A program made the translations under genes and the position numbers. DNA of 12,436 bases from an uncultured Gemmatimonadales bacterium (lineage in GTDB: Bacteria; Gemmatimonadota; Gemmatimonadetes; Longimicrobiales; Gaopeijiaceae). The DNA is taken from NCBI GenBank assembly GCA_963809895.1, contig CAWELD010000007.1:1-12436 (forward strand). The letters are read 5' to 3'. Under the pieces are notes generated by a model, which was not told the DNA's origin, did not search any database, and saw only the letters and a program-made list of their open reading frames with translations. Shown piece after piece: positions 1-7,271 of this stretch (positions are counted from its first letter, which is position 1; each line of letters starts with the position of its first letter).

Positions 1-391
1 CTTGAGCGTCGCGAGTGAGTTGATATAGGGGCGAGACGCCGACGCCTCCACCGGCTTCGTGGGGAGTCACGGCGCCCTCGGGCCCGCGCCCGTGGGTGAG
101 GTCGACCATCACCATGCGGTCAGCCCCGGCTAGGCTTCCCGGCCGCGTCCGCATCTCCCATCCCCGGCGCGCCGCGTCCCAGCTCGCACGAGCCGCGAAC
201 CAGGCGGTGCGCCCCCATCCCTGCTGCTCTCGCCGCCGCGACAACTCGGCCACGAAGTCCCGCTCCGCCTCACGCCCGTAGGTGCGACGGAATGCCCTGG
301 GAAAGGCCAGCAAGGCCAGGCGGAACAGCCGGGACCGGCTCCGCCGGCATCCCCTCGTTTGGACAGAATCGCGGGGCGTCGGACGTCCCAT
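1..391 (-). CDS. N-terminal part of an ADOP/MacB-type ABC permease (runs off the left edge, partial)
   Basis: Read by hand; not in the ORF track because it has no stop in the window. Open frame from ATG at 391: MGRPTPRDSVQTRGCRRSRSRLFRLALLAFPRAFRRTYGREAERDFVAELSRRREQQGWGRTAWFAARASWDAARRGWEMR...PLYQLTRDAQ. 'LFRLALLAFPRAFRRxYGxE' and 'LxxDxR' resemble typical N-termini of duplicated orphan permeases. The exact start is uncertain. Confidence 0.7.
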   Translation of the reverse strand, partial: MGRPTPRDSVQTRGCRRSRSRLFRLALLAFPRAFRRTYGREAERDFVAELSRRREQQGWGRTAWFAARASWDAARRGWEMRTRPGSLAGADRMVMVDLTHGRGPEGAVTPHEAGGGVGVSPLYQLTRDAQ

Positions 392-461
392 GTCCGGAAT
401 CGACGAACCGCGGCGAGGCTTCCAGGTGGATGGCCGCAACCGCTCGCACCGACGGCGCCCC

Positions 462-1769
462 ATGACCGACCACTTTCCTTCCCGGGCCCCCCGGACCCAC
501 TGGAGCAGGAGCCCGCGACGCGCGCTGGTGCTGGCTCTTTCCGCGAGCGTGGCTTCGGTCCTGGGCACTGGGGCCTGCTCCGACGGTCCTGCCGAACCGG
601 AGACTCCCTCGGGCCACCTCTCCTTTCTCGTCCAACCGGAGGATGTGGCTGCGGGAAGAGCATTCACGGCCGCGCCCGTCGTGCGCCTGGAGGACGAGAA
701 CGGTGCTCCCCTGAGCCTGGAGGGCGAGGTCACGCTCCGGTTGGAGGGGAATCCCGCGGGGGCAGTGCTGGCCGGCCAGACTTCACGCGCCGGGCGGGCG
801 ACGATCGCGAGCTTCACGGGTGTCTCTGTCGACCGGCCGGGCAGCTACAGGCTGGTCGCCGAGTGGCGTGGGCAGACCGAGAGCAGTCTCGACTTCGACG
901 TGGTGCCGGCGCCGGATGTCATCCGCATCCACAATGCGGGAACCGAGGCCCGGGGGATCGTCATCGACGGCGCCACCTCCCGGGGGTTCGTCAATGACGA
1001 CACCCTTCTGACCGCGGACACCATCATCGAGGTCGTGCGCAAGTCTCAGGGCGCCAACGGAGAGGTGGTGGTCTTCGATCGCCAGCGGGCTGTGACCGCC
1101 GTGCCGACGCCATGGACGTCGGGCGTGGACACGTTCGACATCACCCTCCGGGACCGACTGAAGATCCCCATCACGATCTGGATGATGAGCACCCGGCCCG
1201 AACGGGTGCAGAACGCCGTGGACGAGTGGCTCGCGGCATGGCACTCGGAAGGGATCGGGATCGACGTCGATCTGGAGATGGTGGATCTGACGGGGATTCC
1301 CGGCGCGGCTCAGGTGGACGGGTGGGGGTTCTGCCGAGCCGATTCCGACGAGCGCAAGACCTGGGGCTATCGGCCCGATCGCATCAACGTCTACTACGTC
1401 GAGTTCGAGGGAACCGGAGGGGTGAACTGCGGCCCAAAGCGGGAGGTCGCGATGATCATCAATCGCCTCGGCAACGTGGGAGCGCTACTCAGCCACGAAT
1501 TGGGGCACTCGTTCGGGCTCCCCCACTATTTCGACCTGGACCTGGCCGGTTTCGCGGACACCGGCAACGCCATGGGCGGAGGCCTCTCCTACTACACCGA
1601 GGGGCAGATCTTCGACATCCACTACGGCCGTGCCTCGTCTCTCGTCAGGGTGTACGGATTCGATCCGGGCGTACGCGACTGCTACCCCCCGCGCGACGAG
1701 GAGGACGATCGCCCCTGGTGCCTGCCTCACGCCTTCCGCTTCTGGCCGGACGGCACGCCGGCGGGGTAG
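462..1769 (+). CDS. Secreted lipoprotein zinc metalloprotease (metzincin, M43/pappalysin-like) with an N-terminal Ig-like domain
   Basis: Zinc motif HELGHSFGLPH (HExxHxxGxxH) at 1494-1526. Met-turn 'GNAMG' (ATG 1572) is followed by 'YTEGQI', similar to the FTxGQ of M43. The signal peptide ends in lipobox TGA|C (Cys 576-578). 'LSFLVQPEDVAAGRAFTAAPVVRLEDENG' is an Ig-like repeat-type start. ATG 462 is preferred over the track start at 282. Confidence 0.85.
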   Translation: MTDHFPSRAPRTHWSRSPRRALVLALSASVASVLGTGACSDGPAEPETPSGHLSFLVQPEDVAAGRAFTAAPVVRLEDENGAPLSLEGEVTLRLEGNPAGAVLAGQTSRAGRATIASFTGVSVDRPGSYRLVAEWRGQTESSLDFDVVPAPDVIRIHNAGTEARGIVIDGATSRGFVNDDTLLTADTIIEVVRKSQGANGEVVVFDRQRAVTAVPTPWTSGVDTFDITLRDRLKIPITIWMMSTRPERVQNAVDEWLAAWHSEGIGIDVDLEMVDLTGIPGAAQVDGWGFCRADSDERKTWGYRPDRINVYYVEFEGTGGVNCGPKREVAMIINRLGNVGALLSHELGHSFGLPHYFDLDLAGFADTGNAMGGGLSYYTEGQIFDIHYGRASSLVRVYGFDPGVRDCYPPRDEEDDRPWCLPHAFRFWPDGTPAG

Positions 1770-1975
1770 GGGCGCGGGCGGGGGGACGCCTCTCGTTCGG
1801 CCGAACTCGGGGATGCCTTGATCGCATGCCCATAGCGCGGTTTATTGAGCCTGGACAATCGCAGCATAATCTCAGTGGGGACCGACGATGCTCGCCATGA
1901 GAACCGGCTTTGTCGGCAATTCACCATGTTCGGGTTCGACGGGTGGGGATCCTGTTGGGGCCGAGTCTCGGGGTC

Positions 1976-3199
1976 TCAGTGATCGACCGCCACGAAGTCG
2001 TACCGGCGAACGATGTATTCTCCGGACGGCTGCATCTCCGCGAGAAGCACGGCCTCATCGGTGACGTCGAGAACACGGACACCGATCGGACAGACGAACT
2101 GGCGGACCGGATGTAGCGCCGCATCCACGCCCACCCACTGGACCGAGTCGGCCGCGGGAGGCGGATAAGCCCGAATCCAGAGGAGGCCATCAGTTGTCCC
2201 AAGCAGCCGCGAGTAGGCGGGCAGGGTGGACTCGCTCGGGAGTTCCTCGAGGAGGCTCAATCGGAACTGCTGCATCTGTCTCACGAACCCGCTCTCGGGG
2301 CCGAGCCGCGCTGGCATCGTCAGAGCGTTGGCCCCCAACGAATCCCTCACCTGCTGAACCCAAGCGGCATCAGCAGGGATGTTCGCGCTCGGTAGGTTAT
2401 CGTGGGCGGTGTCCCCGGATGCCAGCAGGTAGGTCAGCTCCAAGGACTCGGTGTCTCCCAGGACCGCTCCGAATGGCGTCATCGCGCCCGTCGCATCCCG
2501 GCCGAAGATGACCCCGATCCCCCCTTGGGGGCCCTGGCCACCTTCTCGGCGAACCAAGCGGTCCAGTCCGGGGCGAACCGTCCGGTGGATGACATCCCCG
2601 GTAGCGAGGTCGACCAGAGCGTAGCCGACCTCCTGCCGCTGTCTGATATTGTCCGTCGCCTCCCGCCCCGGAAATCCCGGCTCTCGGTATTCGACGAGAG
2701 CGCGTCCGTCTGCGACACCAATCACCTCGAGAGTCCTGAAGCCCGGCACACGGAGCGTCTTGAACTCCACGAACGAGCCTCGCCGGTCGAGCCTGGTCAT
2801 CCTCTGGTTGCCGGAGTCCCAGACAACGATCCCGTCTGCGTCCACGAACACCCCAGTGATGTAACGGTATTCGCCGGGTCCGCTGCCCTCACGTCCCTCA
2901 CGTCTCGTCACACGCCCAGAGGCATCGACGAACATGATCTCGTCGAATCCCGCATTGGCGATTACGGCCTCATCACCCAGGAAGACAGCGCCCCGCAGCA
3001 GGTGAAGAACGGTCTCTGGGGTGTCGCCAATCGTGAAGGTCGGGGCAGACGTCAGTCGGAGGGTCTGCGCGTCGGTGTCGAACACGCTGGGCGCCTCGGC
3101 CTGTTGCGGCGGCAATTCGCGGGTGCAACCAGGAAGAAGCAGGAGGGCGGCAGCCACCAGATCCCGGATCGTTCGATCCCACGCGCTACGCTCGAGCAT
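1976..3199 (-). CDS. 6-bladed beta-propeller (TolB/NHL-like) lipoprotein
   Basis: Lipobox LLLLPG|C. Characteristic 'GREGSGPGEYRYITGVFVDADGIVVWDSGNQRMTRLD' and C-terminal 'LPAYSRLLGTTDGLLWIR' motifs of this widespread family. Start ATG 3199 chosen; the track starts at 3229. Confidence 0.8.
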   Translation of the reverse strand: MLERSAWDRTIRDLVAAALLLLPGCTRELPPQQAEAPSVFDTDAQTLRLTSAPTFTIGDTPETVLHLLRGAVFLGDEAVIANAGFDEIMFVDASGRVTRREGREGSGPGEYRYITGVFVDADGIVVWDSGNQRMTRLDRRGSFVEFKTLRVPGFRTLEVIGVADGRALVEYREPGFPGREATDNIRQRQEVGYALVDLATGDVIHRTVRPGLDRLVRREGGQGPQGGIGVIFGRDATGAMTPFGAVLGDTESLELTYLLASGDTAHDNLPSANIPADAAWVQQVRDSLGANALTMPARLGPESGFVRQMQQFRLSLLEELPSESTLPAYSRLLGTTDGLLWIRAYPPPAADSVQWVGVDAALHPVRQFVCPIGVRVLDVTDEAVLLAEMQPSGEYIVRRYDFVAVDH

Positions 3200-3253
3200 G
3201 CCTTCAAGCTGCGACTCTGGGAGGATCACATCAAGGAGGCTACCCCTGAAGCC

Positions 3254-3433
3254 TCAGAGCTTCCCGCGGATGATCCGGACGTTGCTCGCCAGCAGCCAGT
3301 ATCCAGCGTCCGACACCCGTCCCGAGGCGAAGGCCGCGTCCAGGTCCGCGAGTAGCGCGTCGAGCTCGCCAGCCGCGGCCTGGGGATTCCCGCGGTCCAC
3401 TTCGTCGGCCGCCTGGGAGATCTCGTCAGGTGA
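3254..3433 (-). pseudogene. Orphan 3' end of a secreted-protein gene (FIMAH-like C-terminal helical domain), lacking a start
   Basis: Read by hand: SPDEISQAADEVDRGNPQAAAGELDALLADLDAAFASGRVSDAGYWLLASNVRIIRGKL* with GC-rich codon usage. An in-frame TGA lies immediately upstream (about 3437-3439), so there is no usable ATG. Confidence 0.55.
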
Positions 3434-3465
3434 CCTTCAACGCTTCATGCCATTCTCTTCGGCCC

Positions 3466-3494
3466 TTGCTCCGCGGACGTTGCGCTTGTAAACT
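3466..3494 (+). promoter_or_regulatory. Putative sigma70-type promoter of the protease operon
   Basis: TTGCTC (3466-3471), 17-nt spacer, TAAACT (3489-3494). It is followed by RBS GGAGG (3522-3526) and ATG 3531. Confidence 0.55.
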
Positions 3495-3530
3495 GTCATG
3501 CCCTCCCCATGTTTCCCCGTTGGAGGAACG

Positions 3531-4949
3531 ATGCCAAGACACGTTTGGAGGGTGGCCGCTGTCCTACAGGTCCTGCTGATCGGCTGTAATAGCGCTGACC
3601 ATCCGACTTCGACCGCATCTGAAGGCCGGGTCGTATCTTCTCAGAGAGCGGAGTTGGGGGTCGCCTTCCAGCGACCGCAGCCCGGTGAGGCGCTGCTGAT
3701 CGCCCTGGAGTTGGAATCCCCAGGATTCGCGGGCTTCTACGTTGATGAGTCGACTGGCGAAGTGGTCGTTCGATCAAAGACGACCGATGTGGCTGGGAGG
3801 GATTCGGTGCGAGCCCGCGTCGCCCGCCGCTTGCGCCAAATAGGGAGCCACTTGGCTGGCCGCAACACCCGATTCGAGCCTGCAGTCTTCTCGTTCTCTG
3901 AACTCGCGGAATTCAGGAGTGCGGCCGTTTCGGCCCTCTTTGGTGCCGGGCTTGGTGTCAATAGCCTAGATGCCGACGAACGGAATAATGCGCTAACGGT
4001 CGGCGTGGACCCCGGGTCGTCTCAGGTACCGATTCTGGAACATCTTTCACGAGTGGGCGTCCCTACGGAGGCTGTGCGTTTCATCGATTTTTCGGGGATA
4101 GTAGAGGACGTCGGTTACGCCCCGGAAGCGCCGCTGCGAACTCCTCTTTCGCCACCTGCCGTGGACATGATGGGTGGCATGGAGGTCCGGTACTTTGATG
4201 GTGTCGACCGTTACTGCACGTTGGGTCTCTTCACTGAGTCCAATGGGAATCCGGTCGGCATAACCAATTCTCACTGCTCCGGTCTCGCTTTTGTCTCCGG
4301 CGGTGATGGTACAGTCTACAAGACTGGGACCTACGCTTTCGGGTCTGAGTCCGACGACAGAAGCTATTTCTATACCTGCAAGGTGGGCTTTAGCTGTCGC
4401 GGGGCGGATGCGAACTTGATCAGCCAGGGGCCGTATGGCTCCGTCACTTGGCATCAGCACGAGATTGCATGGCGGCCGAATTTGAACACCGTTCAGGCCG
4501 TGGACGACCCCTTTTACACGAATGTCGACCCGCTGGCCCCACGGACGATTGCGGCCGTGAACTACCCAAGTCAGGGTGAGACGGTCTACAAGAGCGGTGC
4601 GTCCACTGGGCGTACGTCGGGAAGTGTTGTTCAAACGTGCATCACGATTATCAAGGACTTGAACAACCTCTTGGAATGCCAGAATCGGGCGAACTACTTC
4701 AGGCACAAGGGGGATTCGGGCGCCCCGGTTTATGCGTCAGCTGCTGCGGGCCTCCCGAACGTGAACCTGAAGGGGCTTCATTGGGGCGCGGATTTGCTGG
4801 GAGGTGCCATCTTCAGCTCCATGCAGATGATAGATCAAGATTTCGGCTCCAGTCTCACATCCCTTCCTTGGGGATGGCCTGGGGGAGGGGGTGGCGGTGG
4901 TGGATGCGGAGGCGATGAAGGGGGGCCAGGTGATCCGACTCCATGCTGA
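3531..4949 (+). CDS. Lipoprotein chymotrypsin-clan S1 serine protease (alpha-lytic protease/streptogrisin-like) with a prodomain and a Gly/Cys-rich tail
   Basis: Catalytic triad: His in ITNSHC (4272), Asp in GADANLI (4407), Ser in KGDSGAP (4716). Also 'CTLG' and 'VYKSGASTGRTSG' motifs, a prodomain-like 'FSFSELAE...LDADERNNALTVGV' segment, lipobox LLIG|C and RBS GGAGG before ATG 3531. Confidence 0.9.
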   Translation: MPRHVWRVAAVLQVLLIGCNSADHPTSTASEGRVVSSQRAELGVAFQRPQPGEALLIALELESPGFAGFYVDESTGEVVVRSKTTDVAGRDSVRARVARRLRQIGSHLAGRNTRFEPAVFSFSELAEFRSAAVSALFGAGLGVNSLDADERNNALTVGVDPGSSQVPILEHLSRVGVPTEAVRFIDFSGIVEDVGYAPEAPLRTPLSPPAVDMMGGMEVRYFDGVDRYCTLGLFTESNGNPVGITNSHCSGLAFVSGGDGTVYKTGTYAFGSESDDRSYFYTCKVGFSCRGADANLISQGPYGSVTWHQHEIAWRPNLNTVQAVDDPFYTNVDPLAPRTIAAVNYPSQGETVYKSGASTGRTSGSVVQTCITIIKDLNNLLECQNRANYFRHKGDSGAPVYASAAAGLPNVNLKGLHWGADLLGGAIFSSMQMIDQDFGSSLTSLPWGWPGGGGGGGGCGGDEGGPGDPTPC

Positions 4950-5376
4950 GTGTCTCATCCTCTCGGCCCCGGTGGTCTCGCTCGCCCTACTCGGCTGCAA
5001 CTCAATAGCCGAAGCTCCGGTAATTGATGCTCGGGCAGTAGAGGTGGTTGGAACCGTGCAGAGCGCGCAGTTATCTTCGCTGGGTGGAGAGATCTCGCTT
5101 CTCCCGGATCCGACGGGCAACTGCCCAGCCAGCGAAAGCCAGAGTACCTCGCATGCGCCCCCGGTCGTCGCGCCGGTCGAGCCGGACGGCTCGTTCGCGG
5201 CGACCATATTGGTCGACTACACGGCTGGGAACACGCCGCCCCAAACGATCTGCGTGCATGTCGCAGTGTTCCTGGAGCAGGACGAAGAAGTACCGGATTC
5301 CGTCTTCAGTGCTGGGCCCTGGACACTCGGTTCAGAGGAGAGTCCACCTACCGAGGTTCTCTTGATCGTGTTCTGA
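4930..5376 (+). CDS. Small acidic, Pro-rich lipoprotein of unknown function
   Basis: Hydrophobic stretch and lipobox LALLG|C, followed by a beta-rich mature part with two more Cys. The start (GTG 4930 or ATG 4915) overlaps the end of the protease gene, suggesting co-transcription. Confidence 0.65.
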   Translation: MIRLHAECLILSAPVVSLALLGCNSIAEAPVIDARAVEVVGTVQSAQLSSLGGEISLLPDPTGNCPASESQSTSHAPPVVAPVEPDGSFAATILVDYTAGNTPPQTICVHVAVFLEQDEEVPDSVFSAGPWTLGSEESPPTEVLLIVF

Positions 5377-5389
5377 ACGCTCACGCCGC

Positions 5390-7271
5390 CTACTCCGCCC
5401 TCAGCGACTCCGACGGATCCATCGCCGACACCCGGCGTGCGGGGAGCCAGCTCGCCACCAGCACGACCGCGAGGAGCAACGCTGTGCCGCCCGCGAAGGT
5501 GACCGGATCCCGGGGACTGGTCTGGTAGAGGAAGGCCTCGAGGATCCTGGACGTGGCCCACGCGCCCCCGAGCCCGAGTGCAATCCCCGGTACCACGCTC
5601 ACGAGGCTGCGGCGCACCACCATGCGCACGACCCGCGCGGCATCGGAGCCCAGGGCCATGCGGAGCCCCAGCTCGCGGCGGCGGTCGGCCACGGCGTAGG
5701 CGACGATGCCCCAGGTGCCGGTGGCGGCCAGGAGCACGGTCACGGCAGCGAACAGCGCCAACAGAGCGAGCACGACCCGCCGGTCTCCGGTCACCGACGC
5801 GCGCTCGTCGGCCATGGTGGTCACCCCGAAGATGGCCAGGTCGGGGGCCATGGACTGGAGGGCCTCCCGGATCGCCGGAAGCAGCGACGTGGGATCGTCG
5901 CCGGCGGTGCGGACGATGACCGTGGCGTTGGGGTCCGCGAACTCGCGGAACGAGTAGTAGGCCTCGGGGATCGGGTCCTCGTCGGGGCCGTTGTAGAGCA
6001 CGTTGCCCACCACGCCGACGATCTCCACCCAGGGGTCTTTGCCGTCGTCGGTGACACCGATCTTGATGCGCCGGCCGACGGGGTCCTCGCCGGGGAAGTA
6101 GCGCTCGGCCGCCAGTTGGCTGATCACCATGGTGGTGTGGGCATCGGTCCCGTCCCGGGCGTCCAGGGCACGTCCTCTCAGCACGGGAATCCCCAGGGTC
6201 TTGAAGTGGGTGTCTCCGACCAGGTTCACGCCGATGGGCCGGGACTCATCGGGGGGAAGCTCCGGGTCACCCTCGATCCCCTCTACGCTGGTGGTGACCC
6301 ACTGCCCGGCCAGGGGCGGTGTGCCGACGGTCACACCCTCGACGCCGCCCAACGAGGCCACGCGCTCCATGAACGCTTCGTGGAACGGCTGCGGCGTCGA
6401 CCAGCGCGCGTCGGTGCGGGGGATGGCGTACTGGAAGATGAGCAGGTTGGAGGCGGAGAAGCCCTCGTCCACGTCCAGCAGACGCTTCATGCTCCCGCCT
6501 ACCAGCCCGGCACCCACGACCAGCATGAGGGCCAGGGCGACCTGCGCCCCGACCAGCGCTCCGCGTCCATCCAGGCCCAAGAGGCGCCGGCGCCGGCCGC
6601 CACCCCCTCGCCGCCCGTCCTTGAGGTGCGCGACCACGTCACCCCGGGCTGCCAGCAGCGCCGGAGCCAGGCCGAACACCAACGCGGTGACAAGGCTCAC
6701 CAGCACCGCGAACCCCACGGCGACGGGATCGAGGCCCAGGGCCCCGGGATCCATGGCCCGCATCTCACCGTCGCCGGCCACGACGAAGCGCGCAGGCCAG
6801 GCGGCGGCCATGGCGCGGGTCCCCCAGATCGCCACCAGCACCCCCACGCCGCCCCCGACCAGCGCCAGCAGAGCGCTCTCCGTCAGGGCCGCCCGCACCA
6901 GGCGCCATCGCGACGCGCCCACCGCCAGCCGCACCGCGCCGTTCCGGGCACGCCGCTTGGCCCGCGCCAGCAGCAGGCCGGACAGGTTGGCGCACGCGAC
7001 GAGGAGCACCAGGGCGGCCGCTGCGGCGAGGAGCCGGACCGCCGCCCGGGCCCCCGCGTTGGTGTGGACCTCGGCGAAGCGCCGGAGCCCGCCGCCGTAG
7101 CGTGACGCGGCATCCCCCGTGGGATGCGCTTCGTCCACGGCCTGTCCGATGGCGGCCATCTGGGCCGAGGCCGCCTCGAACGTTGCGCCTGGATGGAGTC
7201 GTCCCACGACGTGGAGCCAGTGGGCCTGGGCGCCCGCTACCAGGAAGCGGGCGAAGAGGACGCCGCCGGTG
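5390..7271 (-). pseudogene. 5'-truncated ADOP/MacB-FtsX duplicated ABC permease, copy 1
   Basis: Contains 'VLLVACANLSGLLLARA', 'VRLAVGASRWRLVRAALTES', 'LVGAQVALALMLVVGAGL' and 'RRRELGLRMALG...SWLPARRVSAMDPSESLRAE'. The first TM helix and most of the first periplasmic domain are missing. The track N-terminus (MGRIPWPPFI) is read across the duplication junction and is not permease sequence. Confidence 0.85.

Larger units (their letters stand above)
4911..7271. repeat. Tandem duplication unit, copy 1 (~2.36 kb)
   Basis: Aligns with 7268-9623 (offset 2357 at the start, 2352 from the end of the lipoprotein onward). It begins at GGCGATGAAGGGGGGCCAGG. Confidence 0.95.

Noticed and set aside
1776..1798. 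Hairpin after the metalloprotease stop as an intrinsic terminator
   Set aside because: The stem relies on several G-U pairs and has no U-tract, so it is not supportable as a terminator.
2402..3491. Plus-strand ORFs 2402-3355 and 3021-3491
   Set aside because: Antisense to the propeller gene and the remnant, with no recognisable motifs.
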